Assembly (NCBI GenBank): GCA_964016885.1
Contig: OZ024740.1
Coordinates: 245,148,001 to 245,212,000, forward strand
DNA: 64,000 nt
Direction: 5' to 3'
Origin: Eledone cirrhosa
Lineage: Eukaryota
Shown: positions 12,150-26,438 of the stretch, piece by piece
How positions within the stretch are numbered: position 1 is the stretch's first letter
How the letters are laid out: each line of letters opens with the position of its first letter
Translations under genes and position numbers: made by a program
The notes under the pieces: generated by a model
What the model saw: the letters and a program-made list of their open reading frames with translations, nothing else
The model's database searches: none
Told to the model about the DNA's origin: nothing

Positions 12150-12910
12150 ACAAACTCGACTCTCTCCGCTCCCCGCCTGCCGTCACCACCCATACTCATA
12201 TCACCTCCAACCCTAACCCCGCTATCCCGTCATCTACCATCCCCTTTCCTCTCCCCACCACTGAATCTGCACACGCTTTTCACAACCACCTTAACCCCTC
12301 CGCCCCGCCTCTTTCACTCCCTCACGTCCCTGCACAGTAGTCACCATACCCCAGGACCTACTACTCCCCGAAGCTGAGCTCTCCCTCCTCGCCCGTGGTT
12401 TGCGTTTTATACCAACCACATCTACCTGCGACGAGTTCCGCACAGGTGCCGAGATTGAAGGGTTCTTCTGTCGATTAAAGCTGAAAGCTTTTTTTCACGA
12501 CACGCCATCATCGACACAGACGGATGACTTCACTCGTCTCAGTCTCCGGCAATCACATTGGACGCCGAGCTCTGGCCAGTTCAGCACCTCGACTCATTTG
12601 TCGATGCTTGCCGGCGTACTGTGAATCGGTTCCGTTTCCACCAGCATTCTCGTCGCTCTAACATCACGCGAACTGAGCTCTCCGCTCTTCGTAACCTTCG
12701 GCGCCGCGATGACATTGTCAACAAACCTGCTGACAAAGGTGGCGCTGCGGTGGTTTGGAGCGCTTACCTCTATAGGGCTGAGGCTCTCCACCAGCTTCAC
12801 AATACCCTTTTTTACCGCCCTTTATCCTCCGACCTCACTTCTGGCTACCAACAACTCGTGTCCTCCACCATCTACGAGCTCATCTCCTCCTCTCTCCTAC
12901 CCCTCCCCCT
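12150..12910 (+). mobile_element. Penelope-like element fragment (N-terminal region leading into RT), frameshifted
   Basis: ELSLLARGLRFIPT, FFCRLKLKAFF, SNIT..ELSALRNLRRRDDIVNKPADKGGAAVVW; ADKG motif of PLE ORFs. Confidence 0.85.
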
Positions 12911-13457
12911 CCATAAATAAACCCCCAAAGAAGGTTAACACCTCCAGTGGCAGAACTTGCTGCACTTTAATGATAGAAGGGACGGGATATAGGCTGATGA
13001 TGGTTTGAGAGTGTGCTGTTAACCAATTTTCTATGTTGATGTCAAAGTCTTTCACCAAGTTTTTGTAAGTATTACTAAAATGTTTCGTATGCCCACCAAC
13101 TGAATGCTTTGACTTAATTCGCTTTAAAAAAGCTGTTTGAGAAAATATTTACCTTTCACGATAAAGCTCAAGATGTGAATGTCATCTCAGCTGAAATTTA
13201 CTAAGCAGGTCGCCCCATATGTTATATTGCAATAAGAAGAAATCCCCAAGAATAGAGAAAAAAATCCTCTTTCATTTATCCTTTGTATTTCATTTATCCA
13301 GAAGATATTTTCATACATAGTCGTTTTGAGAGCCAAGTTATCATGTTATTGCCACAGAAAAGCAAGAAACGATCTGGGTGAGAGGCTCTACTTGGTATTT
13401 CCTTTCACTATAGCTGGTCTCCACTAGAACTGAGGCCACTTTGTCTATGTTTACAGG

Positions 13458-13600
13458 TGGCAAATTGACAAAATCGTTAGAGCGTCGGGAAAATGCCTTG
13501 CGCTACTTATTCCGGTTCTTTGCATTCTGAATTCAAATCCCGCCAAGGAAAACTTTGCTTTACATCGTTTCGAGGACGATAATTAAAGTACTAATCTGGG
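13458..13600 (+). mobile_element. Degraded tRNA-derived SINE
   Basis: GAATTCAAATCCCGCC B box and a decayed body motif. Confidence 0.6.
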
Positions 13601-14084
13601 GCCGTGGAATTGTTAAATCGTCGGAGGTGATGGTTTGCGGTATTTGTTCAGGTTCTTTGCGTCCTGAGTTTCCTCCCAATGTAGGTGGTAGGTTTAATCT
13701 GTTGGCCAATTCAACACCACCACCAGGTCTTAGGGTGCCTTCAGCGAAGTTCTGTTGCAAGAATTCGGGTCAGGTTTCCCGTTTAATAAGTTCCTCCTTA
13801 CTGCTCTCTCACCTGTCTTAGTGACTCTGGAAAACTAAAGGATCATGTTCCACTGCCCTATTTTCTGAATAAGTAATAAAGAAAATACCTGATTTCAAAA
13901 CTTTCTAAAGCATTATAACCACTTGACTTACAACATGTATTTTGTTATGTTCAAATATGTTGACGTGGATATGGCTGGCTGATTGAGAAGTCATCTTCGC
14001 AATCACTGAGTTATAGATTCAATCCCACCATGTAGCATATTGGGCAAGTGACTTTTACCACGATCTCCAGTTGGTTTTGCTCAT

Positions 14085-14570
14085 AAATTGTGTCCAGTGA
14101 TTCTTTCCTGAGACATTCTAACCACATGTCCATACTATCAAGGCTGCGATCTCTCAATTTGAAAAAGTAGCGACTCTACCTGGAGTGACTCTCCTGGAGT
14201 GACTCTATCGAGTAACGTTGCTCGAAAAACCCTTCGGAGGAACTCCATTTGGGCCGCTTGTATTCATGATCACATACTTTCGGTTATTACCCAAGATTCA
14301 TGACCATAGGTAAGAGTTGACACGAATACCAAATAGGAGATAGCGAGTTTGGTTTGTACACCTACTTCCCTTCTTCTTATGACCGAATGATAAAGCTGGC
14401 GTATTACTGAACCAACTCCTGCAATTCTTGCACTTAATTCAGCCTTCTATCACTTGTGAACACAGTCTCAAGGTACTTGAACATTTCTAGCTGCTTCAGT
14501 GGAACTCCACTCATATGTAGAGTACATTGCGCGAGCTTCTATGAGATTATGCGTGTCTCAGTAGTCGCAC
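14085..14570 (-). mobile_element. RTE-clade LINE fragment, same family as 240-787
   Basis: Reverse complement contains CTCTTACCTATGGTCATGAATCTTGG and CTCCAGGTAGAGTCGCTACT. Confidence 0.75.
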
Positions 14571-15352
14571 TACTGATTTCCATGTTTAGAAGAAGTGCCC
14601 TTACGCACCCTTGGCTGTGTCCGACTCCCACATGGGGTTTCGACAAATATTAGAGCATTCATATAAAGACATCAAGCCATTTAACAGCTGAAGTAGAAAC
14701 TGCCGAGCTAAACAATCCCCCACTACGTTTCAACACTACCTGTCTGTTTAGAGAGTTCTCTGAATTTGGAAGGACGATACGGTATATTGTATATCTTTAC
14801 TGTTTGCGGCAATATTGCAGAGTTTCTCTGGTCTTATTCACGCCAGTCACCAATTTGGTACTTTTCTCCGACATGCGAAGACTAGGCTTTTTTTAAGAGG
14901 TGGCCTTTACTCGCCTCGTCGTAGCTACATCACTGCGTTGTGAGAGTTTACTTGGGAGCTAACAGTATTATGTTCCATCTACCCTAGTAGTTTTCCGCTG
15001 ATTGTCTGGGGCTGCTTATTCGTCCGGCAAGTGCCCGCTTATATCACAACTAACCATTAAGGCCGTATCTCTATCCGCCACCTGCCACCCGTTCTCTACC
15101 AGAACATCTCTAGCGAGAATCCATCATATATGTTTCGATATAATTAGAGTTTTCATTTCTTTGTGCTTTTTAACTTTATACTAGACCACCCGTGACCCGT
15201 TGGGTCATGTTCACTTAAAAATTATTTTTAAATAATTAAAATATACACAGACATGTATATAATGTGAAATGAAACTGAAAGGCCCATATATATATATGTG
15301 TGTATGTATATATATATAAATATGTGTGTGTATACATATATATATATATGTA

Positions 15353-15391
<39 letters not shown>

Positions 15392-15498
15392 GGGTGTCTC
15401 TGATCTGTATACACTGGTCATATACACACACATGCACACATATATATATATACACAACAACAGCACCAGCTCTCTCTTCCATTCTCCTTCTCTGTCTC

Positions 15499-15529
<31 letters not shown>

Positions 15530-15991
15530 CGTCTCTCTCTCTCCCTCTCTCTCTCTCCCTCTCTCTCTCTCCGCTTATATGAAGGTACCCGGAAAAATCC
15601 CATATCTCGGGAACCCGTGGTCCAATTTATGCAAAACTTGTTTTATTCCATTTGTATTCTCATTTCAGGGTCAACTTCCTTTCAAAGTATCTTCCCATTA
15701 TGCACCCTTTTGGCTGTATTACATTACAGACAAGCAAGCAATCACAGAATTTTAATAATATATAGATTAATCACCGGGAGAATCCAATGACATCTAATTT
15801 ATAACTTTTAATGTATATTCCCATTGGTTGGGTATTCACATTTGCAAGCGTTTCCTTTCACTTCGTATTCATCATGCTTCTGTGACATACCAGTGATCAA
15901 ACAGGATGTCTTAGTTCTGCTAATGTAAAATACAATAAATGCAGGCAGCTATTGTACAAAAAATATACTCAAATTTTGAATCCATATACAA

Positions 15992-16921
15992 TCTATATAT
16001 ATAAAACTGTGGTTGTCTGTCTGTCTATCGATTTTTGGCACACATCTCCTCTTAGAATCTCTCACGGAATTGCACCGAAATTGCTATACTTGTACATTGA
16101 GCCCTAGCGAAGACATCGGAAAAAAAAAATTTCAAATTGACCCACCCTATGTGACGAAATCGAATATAATGTATCGATTTTTGAGCGTAAGTTATCAGTT
16201 ATTTCCCTTTGTTCTGTTTACATTGAGCGTCTTACGTAAAAAATTACGCTGGCTTTAACAGTTGTCGAGCCAGCAAAATATTGACCTGCAAAATTCATCA
16301 GTTCGAACACTAAGCTTCCGTTTTGCTTCATTTCCATTTAAAAGCATTTTAAAACAATATTTTTACTTGAAAACAAGTCTATTTAAAGACTACGTAAAAC
16401 AAGCAAATATTTCGTCGTTAGGCGTGCAGACAGACAGTCGTGCAGACAGACAGTCGTGCAGACAGACAGTCGTGCAGAGAGGTGATATACGCGTGCAGAC
16501 AGACAGTCGTGCAGAGAGGTGATATAGGCGTGCAGACAGACAGTCGTGCAGAGAGGTGATATAGGCGTGCAGACAGACAGTCGTGCAGAGAGGTGATATA
16601 GGCGTGCAGACAGACATAACTGATAATTTGGTTACGCTAATGTTTTTCTCTGCGTTGCAGTGTTTACATTTTCGATCTTTGTTAATAAATAACCAGTGCA
16701 GTTTCTATCCCCAGCATCCTCTTTTGTTATAACATTGGGGTTATCGTTATGTTTTCTTAACTTCATAAGGCATATTGTTGGTTGAGGGAATATTAATCAA
16801 AAACACCACATGCAAGTCTGCACAGTAGACACTACAGTTTTTAAGCCAAGAAAGAAACTTAACATTGTAACTTTAACACAGCTACTGAGCGACCCCGAGC
16901 AACGCCGGGCTTTACTGCTAG
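15992..16921 (+). mobile_element. Non-autonomous Helitron with internal tandem array
   Basis: A|TCTATATATATAAAA 5' end; subterminal hairpin CCCGAGCAACGCCGGG; CTAG|T 3' end; inserted between A and T with no TSD. Confidence 0.8.
16422..16616. repeat. Tandem array of 16-bp and ~37-bp units (GTGCAGACAGACAGTCGTGCAGAGAGGTGATATAGGC) inside the Helitron
   Basis: Direct reading. Confidence 0.9.
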
Positions 16922-17408
16922 TATGTTTATATAATAAACTTATATCTGGCTGTGAGCATTTTTAATCTTTGGTCATGTCACAACTACCTCAGCAACTGTA
17001 TAGAAGTGTAAACATATATTTCACAGTCGTAGTGGCTGAATATTCGTTATCTTTCGCTTGATATGTACATTAAATGCTTCGAATATTTGAAACATTAGTA
17101 GAGGTGAGTTTTGATTACAGAAGTGTTTGATTATATTAACGTTCACTTCTACGATTACTTATGGTCCTTGAACTGCTATTGTTATCGTCAAATGCATAAA
17201 GTATATGAGTATTTTTAGTGAAAGTAGATAATCGACTTCATTTTCAATAGTTAAAAAATGAAACTATATGATATTTTATTATTTTATTGGTTTCATTCAT
17301 TTGACTGCAAAGCCTGGATGGAACTCCCTCGGTTTAACTGGAATATCTTGATTACTAAGTCAAAGTTAGTCAACACGAACGTTCAAACCAACATCTAAAA
17401 TAATAGAA

Positions 17409-18460
17409 ATAATTGTTTCTACTTTAGGCACAAGGCCAGCAATTACCCAGTGCATTACTGGTACTTTATTTTATCGACCCCGTAAGGATGAAAGGCAAAG
17501 TCAACCTCGGCGGGATTTGAACTCAGATTGTAAAGGGACGTAACTATGCTGGAAAGCATGGTGTCTGACCATCTACCGATACTGCCAATCCACCGCCCTC
17601 CACCTAAAATAATAGAAATAATGGTTTCTGATTTAGGCACAAGGCCAACAATTTGGGGGGGGGGGTGCAGTGGGTGATTAGTATTTTATTTTATCGACTC
17701 CGTAAGGATGAAAAGCAAAGCTAACCTTGGCGTGATTTGAACTCAGAACGTAAAGGGCCGTCGCTATTTGTTGCAAACCATGTTGTCCGATGCTCTACCA
17801 ATACTGCCAATTCACCGCCTTTAAATAGATAGTAATAATTGTTTCTACGTTTGGCACAAGGCCAGCAATTACCCAGTACATTACTGGTACTTTATTTTAT
17901 CGACCCCGTAAGGATGAAAGGCAAAGTCAACCTCGGCGGGATTTGAACTCAGATCGTAAAGGGACGTAACTATGCTGGAAAGCATGGCGTCCGATCCTCT
18001 ACCGATACTGCCAATCCACCGCCCTAGTAATAATGATTTCTAATTTAGGTGCATGGCTATCAACTTGTGGTTATAAGAAAGTCGAGTATTTCAACCACAA
18101 TAGTTGACTGGTACTTAATTTCATTATTCTCGAAAAGAGGAATGTCAAAGTTTACTTCGGCAACATTAGAATTTAGAACGCAAAGAACCGGGACACATAC
18201 CGCAAAACATTTACTCCGACGCTCTAATGATTCTTCCAAGCACCCAAATAATGTCAAGAATGTTTTTTTATTCATACCTAAGGCCAACAACCTTTGTTGG
18301 AGTGTTTTTTCGGATGTGGGGGAGACTTGACTGGTACATTATATTATTGACCCTGAAGGATGAAAGATCAAGTTGACCTCAGCGAGATTAAATTCAGAAC
18401 TAGAACAAATACCGCAAATAATTTTGTCCGACACTCTAACGCTTTTGCCAATCCAGTGTC
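17409..18460 (-). mobile_element. Array of five head-to-tail tRNA-derived SINEs
   Basis: Five repeats of GGCACAAGGCC...TTTATCGACC...GGATGAAAGGCAAAGT...GATTTGAACTCAG...CCAAT with varying divergence; TSDs visible for two copies. Confidence 0.88.
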
Positions 18461-18964
18461 CTCGTAAACGCATTATACAACAAAATTACAACTCTCTTTC
18501 TCACCGTGCGTATCTTGACGCCACACAAAACAAGTTTCTGTAGAAAAATGACGTATCAAATAGAGTTAATGCACCAAAGCCGGTATTTCAGCTGCTATTG
18601 AAAAAGCTATAATGTTGAACATTATTGAGATTGTTTCATTTTTGAAGTTGTTTGCCTTTCTTACACTCCTAGGCATTCTCTTCGTCGTCCTACTTACGTT
18701 TAACCACCTTATAAAGGATTCCTCGGACCAATGAGATTTTTCATTTTTTTCCCTCCATTTCTTTGATATTCAACTAGAATACATTAGATAATGCTAGAGA
18801 GTAATTTAGAAAAATCATTGCTTGAATAATTAATGAAGGTTTAATATCTAAATAATTACTATCTTTTCCTTTTCTTTTATCTATTTTTTCTTTGCGTAAA
18901 TAAGAAATTTGAGTCATTTCAGATTAAATCTTAAAATTAAATGCAAGAATTGGTGGAGCTGGTG

Positions 18965-19151
18965 TAATAATTGTTTCTACTTCTGGCACAAGGCCAGCAA
19001 TCACCCAGTGCATTACTGGTACTTTATTTTATCGACCCCGTAAGGATGAAAGGCAAAGTTAACCTCGGTGGGATTTGAACTCAGAATAGCAAGGGCCGTA
19101 ACTCTATACGTCAAAGCATGGCGTCCGACCCACTACCGATACTGCCAATCC
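18965..19151 (-). mobile_element. tRNA-derived SINE
   Basis: Same family motifs; TAATAAT-like flanks. Confidence 0.85.
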
Positions 19152-19239
19152 AATAATGCACCAACTACAGCAGTCAATCATCAAAAGAGGGACGGTAGGT
19201 GTAATAGCCAAACTCACTATCCTTAATTCGCCTTCCTTT

Positions 19240-19345
19240 AACTATGGTCATGAATATTGAGTGACCGAAGGAATACGATCGCGAATACAAGCAACTGAAA
19301 TGAGGTTCCTCCGAAGTGTCTCTAAAGTAACGTTACTTGATAGAT
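19240..19345 (+). mobile_element. Short RTE fragment
   Basis: YGHEY*VTEGIRSRIQATEMRFLR. Confidence 0.6.
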
Positions 19346-19349
19346 TGTG

Positions 19350-19565
19350 TTGTGCCGCACCGGTTTCTTGTTTGTGGGTCTTAATAAGGTGGTAGAAATT
19401 GGATAGCTTGTTGTTTTCCGTAATGAAGTTGTACCGGAATCTCTTCGGGATCTTTCGTCGGTCGCAGATGTTAGCCCACCTGGTGTTGATCCGGCTCTCG
19501 ATCAGTACAGTTGTGATTCCGGTGACTTCTGAATAGAGAATGTTGTCATTAAGATGATAATAAAT
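19350..19565 (-). mobile_element. Penelope-like RT fragment
   Basis: HLNDNILYSEV...IESRINTRW...KLSNFYHLIKTHK resembles the PLE FY.LPKIHK motif region. Confidence 0.6.
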
Positions 19566-19953
19566 CAATGTAGACCTCTCTCGTAGTAATATTAACAACA
19601 CGTAGTTAATTCGCACATGCACAAACAAAACCTAACACAAACCGTTATTTAAAAAGAAAAAAGTAAACGGCCACCAAGAAGAAAAATCTCCGTTTTTTCT
19701 ACGTAGTACCCCACCACCACCACCACCACCACCACCACCCACCCACACGGACCCCTTGATAATGGATTGTTAATCCGAAAGATTTTGGGAATAATAAACT
19801 GCTAAGGTAACTTTTAATCATTCGTCCTTTCTTTTATCTTGTCTTTTCTCTCAATTCTTTTCTGATTATTACCTTGGCAATGTAACCCACTTTCATGGCT
19901 TTCAATACAAACGGACTTTTCAGTTTCATTCTCCGCAATGCTTTAAGCAAACT

Positions 19954-20141
<188 letters not shown>

Positions 20142-20175
20142 ACATCACACATGTATATCTCATAAATATGTAGCT

Positions 20176-20630
20176 GTGTATATATATACTATAGAGTTAA
20201 CTGTATATATATAATATAGAGTTAACTGTATATATATAGTATAGAGTTAACTGTATATATATAGTATAGAGTTAACTGTATATATATAGTATAGAGTTAA
20301 CTGTATATATATAGTATAAAGTTAACTGTATATATATATAGTATAGAGTTAACTGTATATATATAATATAGAGTTAACTGTATATATATATAGTATAGAG
20401 TTAACTGTATATATATAGTATAGAGTTAACTGTATATATATAATATAGAGTTAACTGTATATATATAGTATAGAGTTAACTGTATATATATAGTATAGAG
20501 TTAACTGTATATATATAGTATAGAGTTAACTGTATATATATAGTATAGAGTTAACTGTATATATATAATATAGAGTTAACTGTATATATATAGTATAGAG
20601 TTAACTGTATATATATAGTATAGAGTTAAC
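20176..20630. repeat. Minisatellite, ~25-bp unit GTATAGAGTTAACTGTATATATATA, about 18 copies
   Basis: Direct reading. Confidence 0.95.
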
Positions 20631-22847
20631 CGAAACGTATTTCTGTCCCAAATTTTACTCCCAACGCAATGATCAACTTAACGCTTTAGTAGAAGACTGT
20701 TGCCCAAGATGCCAACCACTGGAATTGAACCTGAAAAAAAAATGGTTGCGAGGCAAACTCCTTAACCACACAGCCATTCCTATATAAATTTCTCACACTG
20801 CATTGTCAACTCAATGCTATGGGAGGTGTCACATGGCTGCAATGTGTACATTTTAACCGCGCCTATGTCTGTACCTCTTATTTACTAAAGAATTTCTGCA
20901 AATTAACTAAGAAGATTTTCTATAGCCAATAAATAAATAAATAAAATAATGTTTTTAGATGGTATTTATCACTCGATTTAAATTTTATTCTTGATATATT
21001 TTGGTAAATAGCTCATGTTCAAAAACCATAAAAAACGTGGAATCGCTTTGCTTGAAAGAGTATACTGTCAGACATCTGCATTGGAAATTGTGAATGTTAT
21101 AAACAGAGTAATGGGAGGGTAAGTAGGGTGCGAGAGAGGTGGAAAGTATGGGGGAGGTTGTTGTTATTGTCGTTGTTATTGTTTAACTCCGAGTCGATTC
21201 TAATTGACCTGAGTTATAATCGAAAGCATTCCAGCCACGATCATCGTGCCTTGTATTCAGATACTGTGTAACCAGAACTACATTCCAATGTTTCCTTCTA
21301 TTTTTTTTTTAAGGTGGGGACAGATGATTTGGGAGAGATTTAGCTGCTTTTCTAGCAGGTCAATCCACCGCGTAGCGAGCATCTTTCTTTGTTGGCTCGG
21401 TGTGAGAGAATGGGTTTGGTGTGACATGTGAATAGAACGTAGGTGGGGGGGAATACATGTGGGAGGGTGAGTGGTGGGGATAAAGTAAGAGTAGGCAGTA
21501 AGAGAGACGGGTTGAAGAGATGGTTGAAGTCTGGGGATGAGAATCAGAGGGAAAACAAGGTGAGGAGTCGGCGGGGATATGAAGTGGTGGTGATGGTGGT
21601 GGATATTAGAAGCTAGAAAGAAACGGGAGAGTGTATGCAGGAAAGAAGAGTTAATAAAGAATGTTGAGTTTGGTTGAGATTGAGAGGAGACGACGTAGGA
21701 AGGGGTAACGAAAAATAAATGAAAAGAGAATCATCTGGTAAAATATATATTCGTAGTTATTGAGTGACATTTCTGAATTAAGATAAGGGTGAAATGGGGT
21801 GGGATCTGTGATTGTGAGAAAGACAGACTGTGATAAGAGTGAGTGGGATGGGATGAAGAGTGTGTTAGTAACAACAGTCATGAAGTTTATACTAAGGTCA
21901 ATGAGGAGGGCTTCTATCTGGCTGTCCAATCTGCTAGAAATAGCTGTCAAATCTCCATCAAATTACACCGCACCGTCTTAGGAAAACGAGAAGGGCACAT
22001 TTAATGATCTAAAAGAAAGGGTAGTACCCATACTTTACAGGTTCTCTATACTGTGTCTGATAAAAAAAATTATTACGGCTTTTAATCATAGGTTAGATAT
22101 TTTTCTCCCTCATTCAGGGAGGAGAAGGCAGCTCCACGTTTTTTCAGGACCCTCGAGTTTGGTGAGAGGAAGGGAAGAAAGTATCTTCAAACAGGAGTTG
22201 TCCGAAAGTTTGCAACAGAATTGACACCGCCAAGGATATCAAAGGGCTATATAGTGGTGTTAATTAAAGCGGGGCAAGGGATTAAGTGAAACATATAAAA
22301 ACACGAACAGCTCATCCGATGGGCTCACGCGCAGTTTCCATCAACCAAATTTCACTACTAAACCACAGTCATGGTTGATAAATGGATGAATAAAATTTTA
22401 TAATTGTTAATTTATAAATGCTGACTGTTGGTACATTTGTCCAACCAGGTTGCTGCTAGAAGTTGAAATAAGGTCGAATCAATAAAATTTCTTCTTCCTA
22501 ATCTACAGTCATTTCCGATAAATAAACAAGCCAGCTGTTACACCTCTTTTCGATCGAATGTATTGTTAGTACTTCTTTTGTTACGTTACTTTGGTATTTT
22601 ACCGAGGGAAGCCTAAGTAAATTTGTAGCGAATGAGTAATCAGGAAACTTGTAACATACTTTATTGAAAAAATAGGTTGGGCCACTTAGATCCGGCAGCC
22701 TCGTGACCGGACCATTACCCAGCCACGGAAGATGCCAGAAAACAGAAATTGATCATAGAGGGGGCCCCTATATTAACATAACCATGCTATCTCATTCTAC
22801 AGATCTATTGATGTTTTATCAAAACTAGAAACAAAGCTTAAACAGGA

Positions 22848-23005
22848 AATAATTGTTTCTACTTTTGGCATAAGGCCAGCAATTATCCAGTGCATTACTG
22901 GTACTTTATTTTATCGACCTCGTAAGGATGAAATGCAAAGTTAACCTCGACGGAATTTGAACTCAGACCGTAAAGGGACGTAACCCTCTACCGATACTGC
23001 CAATC
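22848..23005 (-). mobile_element. tRNA-derived SINE with internal deletion
   Basis: Family motifs present. Confidence 0.8.
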
Positions 23006-23074
23006 CTTTATGTAAAGCATGTGTCTGTTTAAGTTTAAAATAGGATTTGATAACAACAAAAAATTATAAAAACG

Positions 23075-23750
23075 CAACCCCACAGCGGTGCCTGGCTCAC
23101 TGCCTTACCCTCCTTTTCAACTGGCACGTAACTAGATAATGATAGCCTGCGAATCTGGATTTCCCTGAGGCTCGACATGCAGATCTGACAGCCACGTAAA
23201 TGCCGGTGCGGATCATTTGGACTCTTTCGGCTTCCACCCGCTCTCCTGTCGCTACAGTACCGGCCGCCTCCCACACCATGCTGCTCTCAACGAAGTCATA
23301 AAGCATGGCTTGGATGCTGCAGGCTTCCCTCCCAGCTCGAGCCGGTGAGGATGCACTGAGGGATTAGCAAAAGGCCAAATGGCATGGCTATGTTCCCGTT
23401 TCGCGGTGGTAAACTCCTCATCTGAGATTCCACATACAGCGACACATTCTCCAGCGGCAACTTGGTGCTCTCTGCGACTAACCCAGGTTCTGCTGCACTT
23501 CGTGCCAAGAAGGGCAAACTCTCCAAATATCGGTCGCTCTTCGACAGATTTGCGGTCGAGTCCGTGGCAGTAGAAACTTCTGGGGTCCTTAGGACCACCT
23601 CCCTACTTACCATCATCGGCACAGAGTTGGCTAACCACAGGTGTGAGTCTCGCGAGCTGGAATGGCTCTTCCAGCGCGTTTCCCTCACCATCCTCCGGGG
23701 AAACGTCTTCTCTATTCTGGTCGCTGGCGCCGCGGGGCGGTTAGCGCTAG
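23075..23750 (+). mobile_element. CRE-clade non-LTR retrotransposon 3' fragment (restriction-like endonuclease)
   Basis: KLSKYRSLFDRFAVESVAVETSG...WLFQRVSLTILRGNVFSI; homologous to 36010-36870. Confidence 0.75.
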
Positions 23751-24254
23751 GGCCCCCATTTGTTCACAACAGTGAGAAATGGGAAGAGCGGAAAAGACGG
23801 AAACAATGTCAGTGGGAGTTTGGTTCCTTTGTGTTCGGGCCTGGTGTATGTGTATATAAGAGAGAATGAGTATTCTCTGGTAAGATGTGTTTTCATGAGC
23901 TTTGAAGATTTGGATTGTTACCATGTTCTTACTGAATGAAAGTTGTTTCCCTTTTTGATTTACTTCACTCATTGTTTCATGATGGGGGTTTCTGAACCAT
24001 AGAGTGCCAGATTTAAGAGATCCAACCAATACTACCCGCAAAAAGATTTTGAGCTGTTTTTTTTTTCTTCTGAAAACATGTGACTACTCAATTATAAAAT
24101 GGGAAATGATAAAAATAAATAAAATTCTAATAGAAATGCTAATAGGTTTTTCAATAAAAATAGCAGTTTTTTGTTTCGACATTCCATAACAAGTCAATGT
24201 CAGAGTTTTCCCGTGCAACTCTCGTTTGTTTTTTCTCTCCTATATTATTGATTG

Positions 24255-24400
24255 ATCAGAATCGTTAGAGCGCCATAAAAATGCTTTTCGGTATTTGTTT
24301 CTATTTTTCACGTTTTGAGTTTAAGTCTCACAGAGGTCAAACATTGCTTTTCATCCTTCCAGAAGGGATAGAATAAAGTACCATGCATGTATTGGGATCG
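24255..24400 (+). mobile_element. Degraded SINE
   Basis: TTGCTTTTCATCCTTCC..GATAGAATAAAGTACC body. Confidence 0.6.
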
Positions 24401-24556
24401 ATTCATTTGATCTTCCCCAGTACCATGCATGTAGTGGGATCGATTCAACTGATCTTCCTCTCTTCCCTTAATCTCTGAAGTACGGAGTCCGATACTGGTA
24501 GCGGCTGCTTTCCACCCTTTTCCGTCTGTAGGAGATTTTTACCCTATTCTCTAAGC

Positions 24557-25092
24557 TTTCAATTCATAGCTGAGCTTTCAATATGTTTATTTACTAAAAA
24601 TACGGTATATCTTTAGATATACGAAATTCACATACATGTATATATACAGATATGTCGAAGCTAAATTTTAATTCTACCTTTAAGTTGATCCAACTTATTC
24701 AGCTTTATATGCAAATGAGGCTAATCAGCCACCTTACAGAAGCGAAAAAACTATATATTTTCGCCTGTTTCAAGTTCCAGCAAAAAGCAAGGGGAAGTAC
24801 TGTCCGGATATGTGCCAGAAGCTCGAAATACATAGAGAGTTAGCCTTCGCTGCTTCTGCTGGAATCCGCTAGACGGCACTGGTCATCAGTCTTTCTATTC
24901 ATTGCTGGGCCCTTCAAAATGTTTATTTACTAAACATACCATATATCTTTAGATATACGAAATTCACATACAGACATATATGTAAACAGCTATGAATAGA
25001 AAGGCTGACGGCCAGTGCCGTCTAGCGGATTCCAACAGAAGCAGCGAAGGGTAACTCTCTATGTATTTCGAGATTCCGGCACTCATCAGAAT
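24557..25092. mobile_element. Decayed direct plus inverted repeat element with a hammerhead-like remnant (PLE/retrozyme-like)
   Basis: 24557-24648 resembles 24891-24983 (direct); 24811-24907 is inverted against 24988-25082; minus strand 25055-25089 reads CTGATGA-GTGCCGGAATCTC-GAAA-TACA-TA. Confidence 0.45.
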
Positions 25093-25334
25093 ATGTCTAC
25101 TAACCAAGTAGACCACAGCGGGATTTGAACTTGTAGGCAAAGAGTTGTAACAAATACCACAAGGCATCTCATTCGCCAATCTAACAATTCCACCAACCTA
25201 CCACCCTGGACAGATGCGTTATTTCATCTACTCCCATAAATGGTTAAGTTGGCTTCGGCGCGATTTGAACTACAAAGTGTAAGGAGAAAGAACAAATACA
25301 GCAAGATATTTTGTTCTCTCTAAGATTTATGACT

Positions 25335-26084
<750 letters not shown>

Positions 26085-26438
26085 TTATCGTTGTAATGTA
26101 ATTAGATTATATAATTGTTATTATATAATGATCTTATAAATATTATTGTAAGATGTATAAAAAATATTTTCAGACTTTTAATATAAACCACTACAAAAAA
26201 CAATCAATATTAAATAAATATAGTTTACATAATAATTGTTATAGTTGAATTAATAAAATATAATATTACACACAAATAGTCTTACATAATAATAATAAAA
26301 TAATCTAACATAAAACGAATAATAACATGGACAAATATACAAGTAAATATGATACAACCAATATTATAAGCATGTTATAACGAACTGAAAAAAAATAGTT
26401 AATATAAATTTAAAAAATCATATATAAATTAACAATAT

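Noticed and set aside
15181-15212. CTAG plus hairpin TGACCC-GTT-GGGTCA as a minus-strand Helitron 3' end
   Set aside because: No matching 5' TC end could be identified with confidence
16422-16616. Regular ~37-bp repeats resembling a CRISPR array
   Set aside because: No unique spacers and no cas genes; internal tandem array of a Helitron in a eukaryotic context
17414-17603. tRNA-like A and B boxes
   Set aside because: SINE heads with an extended spacer and no full cloverleaf; not tRNA genes
21420-21890. Purine-rich stretch that may be a PLE 3' region on the minus strand
   Set aside because: Too degraded to support any motif
24470-24512. CTGAAGT..CGGAGTCCGATAC as a hammerhead
   Set aside because: Both core boxes deviate from CTGANGA and GAAA and stem I is not convincing
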